Positions 45,508-54,478 of a stretch of DNA of 64,000 bases are shown one piece after another. Numbering within the stretch: position 1 is the first letter of the stretch; each line of letters starts with the position of its first letter. A program made the translations under genes and the position numbers. The notes under the pieces were generated by a model, which saw only the letters and a list, made by a program, of their open reading frames with translations, was not told the origin of the DNA and made no database searches. Source of the stretch: Candidatus Nanohaloarchaea archaeon (GTDB taxonomy: Archaea; Nanohalarchaeota; Nanosalinia; Nanosalinales; Nanosalinaceae); the NCBI GenBank assembly GCA_042218325.1, contig JBDGRE010000001.1, positions 36,356 to 100,355 on the forward strand, in the 5' to 3' direction.

Positions 45508-45882
45508 ATGGTGGATGAAGAAGACCAGCTGTATGTCAGGGTCGACGGCTACAAGGTGCTTCTACAGGATCTTGAAGCGGTAAGACAGATAGTGCAGAAC
45601 GTGAACGAGGCGGCCCAGGTCCTGAGGCAGGTCCGGGACGTCAAGGAGAAGACCATCGATACGATATACGAGAACCTTGACAGAATGAACGAGAAGCTGG
45701 AGGACGTTCACATGGAGATGCCGGACGTCGACAACGTGCCCGCTGGCCAGTCTGTTCCTTCGCAGGTAGAGGTCGAGGCCACGGCCAACCAGGAGGTCAA
45801 CGAGATAGACGAATCCGTCGAGCAGCTTCACTCCGAGCTGGAGAACCTGCAGGACGAGCTCTCCGACCTCGGAGAAAAATAG
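45508..45882 (+). CDS. Conserved coiled-coil hypothetical protein
   Basis: LYVRVDGYK.LL..L followed by heptad-rich helices. Confidence 0.7.
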   Translation: MVDEEDQLYVRVDGYKVLLQDLEAVRQIVQNVNEAAQVLRQVRDVKEKTIDTIYENLDRMNEKLEDVHMEMPDVDNVPAGQSVPSQVEVEATANQEVNEIDESVEQLHSELENLQDELSDLGEK

Positions 45883-45943
45883 ATTCCAAGTACACCGCAT
45901 AGGATATAGTTCTACCGTTCATCAGATCGCGCTGGAAGTTGTT

Positions 45944-45967
45944 ACCGGGGACCGGATTTGAACCGCT
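45944..45967 (-). other. tRNA 3'-end fragment (T-loop + acceptor half)
   Basis: Minus strand GCGGTTCAAATCCGGTCCCCGGTA lies about 40 nt downstream of tRNA-Leu; no D or anticodon arm. Confidence 0.55.
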
Positions 45968-46008
45968 CGAAACCTCGGTAGAGGTTTCTTTGAGGAGGTT
46001 AAATCTCA

Positions 46009-46160
46009 TGCCGGGGCGGAGATTTGAACTCCGGAACCCTCTACGGGACAGGATATCTTATCACAGCGCCCCTCCACGGGAAGCTGTTCGGGCCTCCATC
46101 TCCTTGCGGAGAAAGAGGTGTCCTTAAGTCCTGCGCCTTTAGCCACTCGGCCACCCCGGC
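46009..46160 (-). tRNA. tRNA-Leu(TAA) with 68-nt intron at 37/38 (intron 46055-46122)
   Basis: GCCGGGG acceptor, D arm GCCGAGTGGCTAAAGGC, CAGGA-CTTAAG|intron|A-TCCTG, long variable arm, T arm CGGAG-TTCAAAT-CTCCG. CTTA/TAAG central helix with ATA bulge (relaxed BHB). Confidence 0.9.
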
Positions 46161-46236
46161 ATTGCGTGTATCGTGGAGGTGTATTTACAACGTAGTTCTC
46201 TCTGATTTTTTAAACAGCCCTTACGAAGTCCCAGTT

Positions 46237-46647
46237 ATGACTGGTGTCGAAGCCGTGTTCGGTACCGCGTACGGTGACCTCGGCCTTGCGGTCCTGAGGA
46301 TAATCGTCGGAGGTGTTTTCGTGTCCCACGCTGTACCGAAGATCGAGGACCCGCATTCGACGAGGAGTTTCTTTTCGTCGGTGGGTCTTCCTGATTCGAT
46401 GTACCTCGTGTATCTCGCGATAGGGATAGAGGTCGTCGCCGGAACGATGCTTGCCCTCGGCCTTTATACCCAGCTCGCGGGCCTGGCACTCACGGCCTTC
46501 ATGCTTGTGGCGACCTACGTCGCCGTCGAAAAGATGGATAAGGATTTCGAGGGAGGTTACGAGGTCGACCTGCTGCTTCTCACTGCCTCTTTCATGTACT
46601 ACCTGAACGGCCCGGGCATGTATGCGCTCGATGCGGTCATCAGGTGA
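46237..46647 (+). CDS. DoxX family membrane protein
   Basis: LRIIVGGVFVSH..PK, IEVVAG..LALGL.T, GGYE.DL, GPG.YALD. Confidence 0.88.
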   Translation: MTGVEAVFGTAYGDLGLAVLRIIVGGVFVSHAVPKIEDPHSTRSFFSSVGLPDSMYLVYLAIGIEVVAGTMLALGLYTQLAGLALTAFMLVATYVAVEKMDKDFEGGYEVDLLLLTASFMYYLNGPGMYALDAVIR

Positions 46648-46675
46648 TTTATTCTCCCGGGGATAAGATGTTCTT

Positions 46676-47098
46676 ATGTTACAGGAAGGAGACGAGATTC
46701 CGGAGTTTGAGGTCGAAAACCAGGATGGTATGACAGTGCGCGCGGCCGATATCGAGGGCGCTATAGTTTATTTCTACCCGAAGGCCGGCACACCGGGTTG
46801 TACGAAGGAGGCCTGCAGTTTCAGGGACAGCATCCAGGAGTTCGAAGACGCAGGTATAGCGGTCTACGGTGTCAGTGTCGACTCTGTAGGGGGCCAGAAA
46901 GCTTTCCACGACAAGTATGATATCGGGTTCGACCTGCTCGCGGATGAGGAAGGAAAGGTCGCGGAGAAGTTCGGCGTACTGCACGGCGATGTGGCGGAAA
47001 GAACGACTTTCCTCGTGAGAGAGGGAAAGGTGGAGAAAGTTTTCCGGGACGTAGACCCGGAAGAACACGTGGGAGAGGTTATCGAGTATCTGGATTAA
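46676..47098 (+). CDS. bcp: Peroxiredoxin Bcp
   Basis: YFYPKAGTPGCTKEACSFRD, ERTTF. Confidence 0.92.
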   Translation: MLQEGDEIPEFEVENQDGMTVRAADIEGAIVYFYPKAGTPGCTKEACSFRDSIQEFEDAGIAVYGVSVDSVGGQKAFHDKYDIGFDLLADEEGKVAEKFGVLHGDVAERTTFLVREGKVEKVFRDVDPEEHVGEVIEYLD

Positions 47099-47649
47099 TC
47101 CAGTAGCTCTGTCTTCCTGATCTCAAGGTCGCGGAACGGATAGATATCGTTCGCAACGTCCCTAAGCTCTTCCTGGAGCTCATCCCTGAAAACAGCTTCC
47201 ATGAACTCGTGGTAATCCATACTGGAAGCGTTTTCGTCTATAACGTCCTTGAGTTCCTGTCTGGCAGCCTTCAGCGTCTTGCTGGAAGTGTTGCTGACCG
47301 TGGCTCCTACTATCTTGACACGGACCTCCCTGCTATCATCGGTCAGGGTGTCATACACCAGGTCCATCCTGTCGCTTCTCTTCCTTATCATCCGGGAGAC
47401 GAACTCCTTCGAGCACTCCATCCCTGTGACCTCTGTGAAGGCCTTATTGCCCTCGACCTCGGTCACTTTCAGTTCGACATCCACGTAGTACTTGCTGGTT
47501 CCTTCCAGCAGGTCTGTCAGGTCCTCTCTTATCGTCCTGCCGATCACCTGTGAGTCCTTCTCCGCCGGCGTCTCGCCGACCTCGTCCTTCGAGAAGAACT
47601 CTGGTGCTGTTATCTCGTACCAGTTTTTCTGGATAACTGCCTTGGTCAT
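47095..47649 (-). CDS. rps3ae: 30S ribosomal protein S3Ae (eS1)
   Basis: KNWYEITAPEFF...VGETPA...VIGR, IYPFRDLEIRK. Confidence 0.9.
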   Translation of the reverse strand: MTKAVIQKNWYEITAPEFFSKDEVGETPAEKDSQVIGRTIREDLTDLLEGTSKYYVDVELKVTEVEGNKAFTEVTGMECSKEFVSRMIRKRSDRMDLVYDTLTDDSREVRVKIVGATVSNTSSKTLKAARQELKDVIDENASSMDYHEFMEAVFRDELQEELRDVANDIYPFRDLEIRKTELLD

Positions 47650-47703
47650 ACGACTGGTGGCGGGTCAAAACTTTATAAACAGTTGGCCGGGGTTCTGGAA
47701 GGT

Positions 47704-48471
47704 ATGGAGTTCGAAAAATACGTCCCTGGTAAGCATGGAAACCTCTTTCCCGACTCCTTCTCTGTGAATGTGGTGAAACCTTCCGACATCGAAGACTACC
47801 GTGGAGCGGTGAAGCAAGCTCTCGAAGATATCGAGGGTATTTTCGGAAGTATGGCGGCGGATTTCTCCGTAGTGATCGGGGAGATAGACGCCGGTCTACT
47901 GGAGGAAGAGTTCGACGGAGATATACTGCACTACGCCTATTTCCAGGCATACTCTCTCGGGAAGAAGGCACACAGTCAGGGCGACCGCAACATCATCTTC
48001 CTGGCCACTTCACAGGGGTACGAGTACTGGAGACCTGGCCTGAAATACTACACGGTGCACGAGGAGGCTCACCAGGAGTTCTACGTCGAGAAACCGGACA
48101 TGATGCACGAGATTTGGGAGTCGATTATCTTCGAGGGCCACGCGATCCACCGCTCTGAAAAGGTGCGGGAGCAGAAGGACTACCGCTGGGAGGGGCACCG
48201 GGGCAGCTTCCCCGGCTCCGCAGCAGAACTGAAACAGGAGCTGGACAAGAACAGGGAGTGGGAGGGCGACCTGCATGAGAGGGAGGACTCCAGCCCGCTG
48301 TTCAGCATGGGCGGAGAGCGCTGGCAGCAGGCGGAAGGATATATAGCTGCGTTCGAAATCTACCGCGATATCGTCGAACGCAACGGCATGGACGTAGACG
48401 GGCCCGTAAGGAGAAGCGAGGCGTGGCAAAAGGAGGAGAAAAGGAAGTCCATAGACCGGCTCTACAGCTAG
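47704..48471 (+). CDS. DUF2268-like Zn-dependent protease
   Basis: VHEEAH (HExxH) ... IIFEGHA ... EGY. Confidence 0.65.
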   Translation: MEFEKYVPGKHGNLFPDSFSVNVVKPSDIEDYRGAVKQALEDIEGIFGSMAADFSVVIGEIDAGLLEEEFDGDILHYAYFQAYSLGKKAHSQGDRNIIFLATSQGYEYWRPGLKYYTVHEEAHQEFYVEKPDMMHEIWESIIFEGHAIHRSEKVREQKDYRWEGHRGSFPGSAAELKQELDKNREWEGDLHEREDSSPLFSMGGERWQQAEGYIAAFEIYRDIVERNGMDVDGPVRRSEAWQKEEKRKSIDRLYS

Positions 48472-49838
48472 TATTCCGCGACCTGCTGCTCCACGGTTTC
48501 CAGGAACTCTTTCTTCCTGTCTCTCGGTATCTTGGCTCCGGCCGCGACGTTATGGCCCCCGCCTTCGCCGTCTACGTCTTCCGCGGCTTCTCCTATGACG
48601 TCGCCGAGGTTGAGGCCTTCCTCGACCGCGTCCTTCTTGGCCCGGGAGGAGACCTTGATCTTGTCTTTCTCGGCGTGGGCCATGCCCATGGCGACCGGTG
48701 AAGAGAAGTATCCGTCTCCCATGGTGATGGTCGTGACGGTGCCGATGAAGTTCTCGTCTATGTTGCTTCCGGCGTCTATTATACCCATCCTGTCGTCGTA
48801 GACGACCTCGCTGTTGTCGCGGTTGTCCTCGACGTACCGTAACGCCTTCGAGATGCGGCGGCCGTACTTCCTTGACATCTTCTCCGCCAGCTCCATGTCG
48901 TTCTCGAGCAGTATCTTCACGCCTTTCCTTGGTTCGCCGAGCCGTCCGCAGGCGTTGATTATCGTGGAGAACTCGTCGATGCCGTGGCCGTTCTCCAGCA
49001 CGTAGACGTTGCGGAGCAGAGGTTCGACGTCGTGGCCCTGCTTGATGAGGCCGTGTATGATGCGTTTCTCTTCCTCCGCGTCGAGATCTTCAAGCGTCTT
49101 GAAGCCGTCCCCGTCACGTATATCCAGGTCGATGGATTTCAGGAACTGGATCGCACCCGACTCGCTGTTGCTGATACCCTCCAGCACAGGGTCCGTGGTG
49201 TACATGAGCGACTTGTGCAGCGGCTTCGTCGAACGGCCGTAGAGGTCGAGGCCCTTCCTTTTGTCTATAAGGTCGTGCTCCTCGGCCCTTCCAAGCAGCT
49301 GCTTGTTTAGTCCGAGGAATTCTCCTTCCTGCTTCTGGACGTCGCCCGTCGCCCCTATCAGGGCGTATGGCACAAGGTCGATGTTCTCGCTGTTCGCGGC
49401 CTCCGCGAGCAGGTAGGTCATGCCGGCGGCACTGATCGCCTCTCCGCCGTCGTGGCCGAGAAAATGCGGGTTGAGGTGGACGAACCTGTCGCTATCCGGT
49501 GTTTCCTCCATCTGCGGCGAGTGGTGGTCTGATATTATGACCTGCTTGCCGGTATCTTCGATTATGTGTTCCTGGATCAGGCGGGACTGTCCCGAGCCTA
49601 TGTCCACGAAGAACAGGAGTTCCTCGTCTTCCCCGGCGAGCCTCTCGATGTCTTCCTCGTAGAGCTGCTCGAGTATCTCGTACTCGAACTTCTTTCCCAT
49701 GCGATCTAGAAGTTCGTGGGCTATGGCGCTAGAGCATATTCCGTCGGCGTCGAACTGGCCGATAAGTCTTATCTTGCCGTCGTGCTGTCTGAGTTTCTCC
49801 ACCGCCGGTTCCGCCGCCTGCAGGATATCTTCTACCAT
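48468..49838 (-). CDS. DHH phosphoesterase, RecJ/Cdc45-like GINS-associated nuclease (GAN)
   Basis: DADG, DIGSG, DHH, LNPH, INACGRL, GGGHNVAAG; conserved rps15-GAN-rps3Ae context. Confidence 0.85.
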   Translation of the reverse strand: MVEDILQAAEPAVEKLRQHDGKIRLIGQFDADGICSSAIAHELLDRMGKKFEYEILEQLYEEDIERLAGEDEELLFFVDIGSGQSRLIQEHIIEDTGKQVIISDHHSPQMEETPDSDRFVHLNPHFLGHDGGEAISAAGMTYLLAEAANSENIDLVPYALIGATGDVQKQEGEFLGLNKQLLGRAEEHDLIDKRKGLDLYGRSTKPLHKSLMYTTDPVLEGISNSESGAIQFLKSIDLDIRDGDGFKTLEDLDAEEEKRIIHGLIKQGHDVEPLLRNVYVLENGHGIDEFSTIINACGRLGEPRKGVKILLENDMELAEKMSRKYGRRISKALRYVEDNRDNSEVVYDDRMGIIDAGSNIDENFIGTVTTITMGDGYFSSPVAMGMAHAEKDKIKVSSRAKKDAVEEGLNLGDVIGEAAEDVDGEGGGHNVAAGAKIPRDRKKEFLETVEQQVAEY

Positions 49839-49873
49839 CCCTGTGAAACACAGGTGGCGGGACTTATTTCAAG

Positions 49874-50308
49874 TTACTCTCGGACGTACTTCCAGTCTCC
49901 CGGGATGTTGCCTTCTTCCCTGTGGTAGTTCGCGAGCCTGCGGATCTTCGCCTCTGTAAGCTCCAGCTCGCGCTCGGCGTCTTGGTCGTTCGGGTTCTCG
50001 GCGATGTGGTCCTGGATGGACTCCGCCTTCTCCACGAGACTTGAGAGGTCCTCGGGGATCTCAGGTGCGACATCTTCCTCCTCGAGTATCTCTGTCAGCT
50101 TCTTCCCGGTTATCTCCCGGACCGACGGGATTCCGTACTCGTCTCGCAGCTTCATGCCTATCTGTGACGGCTCGAGACCCTTCTCGCGGAGCTTGACAAC
50201 GAGGTCGATGACCTCCTGCTCGTCGTAGTCGACCCAGCGGGGAACCTTCTTGTCCACCGGCTTGTCGCTGCCGGAGCTTCCGCGGTCGCCTGAATGCATC
50301 CGGGACAT
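49874..50308 (-). CDS. rps15: 30S ribosomal protein S15 (uS15)
   Basis: MSRMHS..RGSSGS, SQIGMKLRD.YGIP, PEDL, EAKIRRLANYH...P.DWKY. Confidence 0.96.
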   Translation of the reverse strand: MSRMHSGDRGSSGSDKPVDKKVPRWVDYDEQEVIDLVVKLREKGLEPSQIGMKLRDEYGIPSVREITGKKLTEILEEEDVAPEIPEDLSSLVEKAESIQDHIAENPNDQDAERELELTEAKIRRLANYHREEGNIPGDWKYVRE

Positions 50309-50388
50309 CAGCTGAACCTCCGGTAGAAAGTAGCTGTTACCATGTTTTTGACGTACTGCAGCAGTTCGAGGTAGATGTAAGCTTTCAT
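50308..50388 (-). other. Leader mini-ORF (26 aa) coupled to rps15 by TGATG
   Basis: MKAYIYLELLQYVKNMVTATFYRRFS*, inside a long leader downstream of a TTTAAAAA box; contains the rps15 SD GGAGGT. Confidence 0.5.
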
Positions 50389-50506
50389 GTTATCACTTGC
50401 CGATCCGGTCACGCGCCAGCGTTTACGGTCTATGAACCGAAGGATCGACAAATCTTTTTAAAGGCAGCCCGGAGGGCTTAAGTGCCAGCGTCCACGTTTT
50501 TCTTTC

Positions 50507-51289
50507 ATGGACATCGAGTTCGATGGCGGCTACGTACTTTACGCTCTGGGCGTACTGCTCGGAATCTTCTCGGTGTTCTACTTTGGGTTCGAGATATTAC
50601 TGGGCCTGTCGCCAGTGACGAAGGCACTGCTGTTGCTGGCGGTCACTTCCTGCTTCCTTCTCGCCGGAGCGCGTTTCTACAGGCGTTTCCTGTCGATCCC
50701 GTTCTACCTGCTCGGGGCGTTCTCGTATGTCGTTTTCATCGTCTACACGCTGGCACGGTTCGGTTTTTCACGTGAGGTGGATTTCCTGCTGCTCGCAGTT
50801 TCCTCCGCGGCGTTCCTCGGCCTGGGCTACCTCCTGAGGAATTCCGGGACAAGGCTTGGGACAAAGAGATTCAGGGCCGCCATATCCGGGATTCTGCTAG
50901 CAGCTATCGTTCTTTCGGCAGTCGACGCCGCAGGACCTCAGCCGGAGTACAGCCTCGAGCTGAAGGATGAGGTGCGCATATCATCAGATGAAACAGTTTT
51001 CGGCACTCTGCAGGTCGAGAATAGTTTCTTCCTTTATCGCGGCACTGACATACCGCGGTATGAGGCATGCACCTCTGGGAGAGAAAGCCTGTTCGTCGAT
51101 ATGAAAGAGCCCGGTCTGATGCCCGGCCATTCCTCTACCACTGTGAACCTGACAGTCCAGGTCCCGCGCGCGAGCGATGGCGGCTTCGCTCTCGAGGGGG
51201 TGTACAGTATCGAGAAGGCCGAGAGCTGTCCGGAAAACCCTGCCGAGGACACTATTTACGTCTTTGAAGAAGAGAGGAGGTATGACTAG
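50507..51289 (+). CDS. Halophile-type membrane protein with extracytoplasmic C-domain
   Basis: About 5 TM helices (LYALGVL...LSPVTK), then a soluble domain with 2 Cys. Confidence 0.7.
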   Translation: MDIEFDGGYVLYALGVLLGIFSVFYFGFEILLGLSPVTKALLLLAVTSCFLLAGARFYRRFLSIPFYLLGAFSYVVFIVYTLARFGFSREVDFLLLAVSSAAFLGLGYLLRNSGTRLGTKRFRAAISGILLAAIVLSAVDAAGPQPEYSLELKDEVRISSDETVFGTLQVENSFFLYRGTDIPRYEACTSGRESLFVDMKEPGLMPGHSSTTVNLTVQVPRASDGGFALEGVYSIEKAESCPENPAEDTIYVFEEERRYD

Positions 51290-51767
51290 TTTCCGTACAA
51301 AACGGGGCCGATGCATAATCGACGGAGACGACCTGTATCTCTCCTCCAGCATGGCTGGTCTCTTCCGGCGTTTCTGGGAAGGTGGGAGACTAGGAAGGCT
51401 TTTAGCCGTCTCCTACCTGGTATTCTTCGCATGGTTCTTCTATAAGTTGCTCTTTGACCTGGGAACCCCGTTCAAGGTGGGAATCGCGCTTGGGGCGGCT
51501 TTACTTGCTCTGAGTTACGTCACGAACAGTTTGAGGGGTTTCTCCAGGCAGAGGGTTATACCTCTGGACTCGGTAAAGGAAGTCTCCTTCACAGAGGGGC
51601 GACCGGGCCTGACACGTCCTCGTTTTATCGTGGAGTTCGAGAAAGAGGGTGGTGAGCAAAAGAAGAGGTACATAATGATGCCGTCACTGTGGCTAGACTA
51701 CAGTGAGGAGGAGGTCGGTAAGGCAAAAATGATGTTTGAGGATAAAGGTCTCCGGGCCGAGTACTGA
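51282..51767 (+). CDS. Hypothetical membrane protein (2 TM, PH-like soluble part)
   Basis: SFRTKRGRC.I, two TM segments, IPLDSV..V...G...LTRPRF; start overlaps the upstream stop. Confidence 0.65.
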   Translation: MTSFRTKRGRCIIDGDDLYLSSSMAGLFRRFWEGGRLGRLLAVSYLVFFAWFFYKLLFDLGTPFKVGIALGAALLALSYVTNSLRGFSRQRVIPLDSVKEVSFTEGRPGLTRPRFIVEFEKEGGEQKKRYIMMPSLWLDYSEEEVGKAKMMFEDKGLRAEY

Positions 51768-52144
51768 TGTACGGCCGAAAGCTCCTGATCGCGGTCGCTG
51801 GCGCACTCATGGTTTTCTTGGCTGTCCAGGTTTCAATAGGTTTAGCGGCTTTCGTATACCTCTTCTTCACACAGCTATGTCTTCATAACGTGACGGTTTC
51901 GGGGATTAATGCGACCTATGAAAGAGTCGGATGGGAAACCGCTCACCCGGCGACGGGGTCAGTTGAGAAATTTGTGCAGGTAGAGATAGGTCACTGGAAG
52001 GGTTTTGAAAGTGTTGGGTCGGGCAACATGTCTCGGGAACAGTCCGTGGTAACTGACCTTCACAGTGTGAGCCGCCTCAGACACATGAACGAGACGATAG
52101 CTCCCGGGAATATCACCGGTTACAGGGTAAGCGTCTATGCCTAA
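51767..52144 (+). CDS. Hypothetical membrane-anchored protein (possibly truncated by a premature TAA)
   Basis: N-terminal TM and TGATG coupling; the frame continues 30 codons past the stop. Confidence 0.5.
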   Translation: MYGRKLLIAVAGALMVFLAVQVSIGLAAFVYLFFTQLCLHNVTVSGINATYERVGWETAHPATGSVEKFVQVEIGHWKGFESVGSGNMSREQSVVTDLHSVSRLRHMNETIAPGNITGYRVSVYA

Positions 52145-52238
52145 AGAAAAGGAGAACTCGAGGCAGAGGACGTACTAGAAGTTAACAGGGCCGAAGAACT
52201 GGGCTTCTCCGGCTCGGGCTTGGAAGTCCAGAGATAAA

Positions 52239-52823
52239 TCATTTGTAGCGGCCGCGCTGTTCTACCTCTTCCAGTCTCTCCAGCACTTCCTCGCTATCTT
52301 CGTGGCTGCGGTAGCCGTCGAGGAAATCCTGCCAGGCCTCATCCGCAATTCCCGGATGTGAGGGTTCCAGCACCTGCTTCAGCAGGTGTATGTCGACCGC
52401 CCGGTCCTCTGCCCTGTTGGAGCGGAACGCGAGCCCGAAGTCGATCAGGAACACCTCGCCGGATACGGAGAGAATGGCGTTCCGCGTGGTAAGGTCGCCG
52501 TGGATTATGCCCGCGTCGTGGAGCTTGGCGGCGTTTTCCCCGAGCAGCTCCATTGCGTCGCTGTCCCGGTCCAGCGCGTCCTTCAGCTGCTCGCCGTCTA
52601 TCTCCTCGATTTCAAGTGTGTCGTCGCCCGTTTTCTCGACGCCGGGAACGTTTACGCCGTTCTTCCGGGCCTCCCGCATCAGGCGCGCTTCCCGCTCTGT
52701 CCGCTCCTCCCGTATCTTCTCGTCGAGCTCCGGGTGCCGGTAGTTCTTGCTGTGGCGTTTCTTCACCACGCTGTCATCCCTGAACTTGAGCGTGGCTTCT
52801 GCGCCCTCGATAGTTTCTGTCAT
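52239..52823 (-). CDS. bud32: KEOPS kinase Bud32
   Basis: GAEA, K.YRHPELD, IIHGDLTTRN, IDFGL, EDRAVD, RGRY end. Confidence 0.95.
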   Translation of the reverse strand: MTETIEGAEATLKFRDDSVVKKRHSKNYRHPELDEKIREERTEREARLMREARKNGVNVPGVEKTGDDTLEIEEIDGEQLKDALDRDSDAMELLGENAAKLHDAGIIHGDLTTRNAILSVSGEVFLIDFGLAFRSNRAEDRAVDIHLLKQVLEPSHPGIADEAWQDFLDGYRSHEDSEEVLERLEEVEQRGRYK

Positions 52824-52825
52824 CT

Positions 52826-54478
52826 TTATCCTTCCTCCTGTTGCATGTACTGCCTAAGCTCTAAAAGGTTCCTCCTTCTCAGCTCCTCGCGGTAGTCCGG
52901 GTTCTCCATCATGCCGTTGAGATGCTCGATAAGCTGCTCGGAGGCGACTATGTCTGGTACCTCGACGTAGAGCGCTCCGGCGTCGAGGAGTTCCGAGGCC
53001 ACCTCCACGTCCTCCGCCCTCAGTATCTTTTCAGGTCCTTCCCGCTCCAGTATCCTGAGAGATATCTTCCTCTGCGGTATCGTGGAGGCCACGAGCTGCG
53101 CATCTGGCGCCTTCGCCCGCTCCCAGGTGTTCTCGTCCATGATGTCGCCGAAGACGTAGTAGTCCTCGTTCTGCCGGGCCTCGATTATCTTCTCCGGGTC
53201 GTTCTCCACAACGACGAATTCCGCGTCTTCTTCCTTCAGGTCTTCGGCCAGCCGCTTCCCCTGTGTGTCGTATCCCACTACGACTATGTGGTCTTCCATA
53301 TCCTCCCTCACATCCGTCCATTCCTCGAGCTTGGCCTCTGTCGTCTCGATGCTGCTGTACCGGGAGGCTGCCCTGTATATCTCTTCCTCGTGCCGGCTTG
53401 TGTAGGCCGAGTACACCATGGTGAAAGTGGCGCTTATTATCACGGCGTTGAAAAGCTCCGGTGCGATGGTGCCGGCTATGAACGCCTGTATCGCCACTAT
53501 GAGCGAGAACTCGCTTACCTGGTCGAGCGTCAGCGCGGTCAGGTAGGATGTCCGGCGGTCGTACCCGTTTATCAGCAGCGTGACAACGGTTATGCCCGGT
53601 TTCAGAACGACTGTCGCCAGAAAAAGGGCGAAAGATATCAGTATGGCTTCAGGCCCTGGCAGCGTCAGCAGGGCGCCGAGCGAGACGAAGAAGAGCACGG
53701 AGAAGAAGTCCTTCAGCGATCCCATCGTCTCCAGCATCTCGAGGTTGTGCGGGAAGCGGGCGACCGAGATCCCTGCGGCGAACGCGCCGACGACTATCGA
53801 GACACCGGAGAACTCGGCGAGACCGATGAAACCCGTCAGGGCCGCCAGGCCGACCAGCATCATGAGTTCGGTGGAGCCCTCCGTCCTGTCCGCGAGGAAC
53901 GGGAAGATCCACTGCCTGACGCCCAACGCAAGCAGTACGAGCGCGAGACCCCTGGCCACGTGCAGTCCCGCGGCCTCAAGTGTCAGCGCCGGCGAGCTGA
54001 CAATCAGGACCCCGAGGACGGCGAAAAGATCCTGCACGAGGTGTATGGACTCGGAAAGCCTGCCGTGCAGCAGGTCTATACGTATCTCGTTCTCGATGAG
54101 TTCGAGCCCCACGAGCGACGAGCTCACGGAAGCGGCTATGACGAGGTAGAGCGAGTTGAGAAGGTCGAGGCCGAGCCCTTGGGCGAACAGGTAGGCAGCT
54201 ATGCCCACGACCGTTACCTGCACTATCGTGGTGGCGAGACTCTCTTTCGCGACAGATCTTATCCTTCCCGGTTCCGTCTTCAGGCCGAATATGAAGACCA
54301 GGAAAGCGATACCGAGCTGGGAGAGCTCCAGTATCTGCGCCTGCCCGAAGAACATCCCCACTCCTACACCTGCAAGGATGTAGGCGGGTATCGAGGGATG
54401 GTCGAACCGGTGCAGCAGCAGGAGCAGGGCAGAGGAGAAGACGAACGCCGCGGTTAGCAGCGGTACGAGTTCACTCAT
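52826..54478 (-). CDS. CPA2 cation:proton antiporter (Kef-like) with TrkA-N domain
   Basis: Multi-TM, QDL, GAFAAG, LKDFF..LFFVSLG, QVSEFS; RCK domain VVGYD. Confidence 0.88.
   Translation of the reverse strand: MSELVPLLTAAFVFSSALLLLLHRFDHPSIPAYILAGVGVGMFFGQAQILELSQLGIAFLVFIFGLKTEPGRIRSVAKESLATTIVQVTVVGIAAYLFAQGLGLDLLNSLYLVIAASVSSSLVGLELIENEIRIDLLHGRLSESIHLVQDLFAVLGVLIVSSPALTLEAAGLHVARGLALVLLALGVRQWIFPFLADRTEGSTELMMLVGLAALTGFIGLAEFSGVSIVVGAFAAGISVARFPHNLEMLETMGSLKDFFSVLFFVSLGALLTLPGPEAILISFALFLATVVLKPGITVVTLLINGYDRRTSYLTALTLDQVSEFSLIVAIQAFIAGTIAPELFNAVIISATFTMVYSAYTSRHEEEIYRAASRYSSIETTEAKLEEWTDVREDMEDHIVVVGYDTQGKRLAEDLKEEDAEFVVVENDPEKIIEARQNEDYYVFGDIMDENTWERAKAPDAQLVASTIPQRKISLRILEREGPEKILRAEDVEVASELLDAGALYVEVPDIVASEQLIEHLNGMMENPDYREELRRRNLLELRQYMQQEEG

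Noticed and set aside
45944-45990. Split-tRNA 3' half (Nanoarchaeum-like)
   Set aside because: No anticodon-stem half or long complementary leader, and the T-stem is incomplete; an att scar is simpler.
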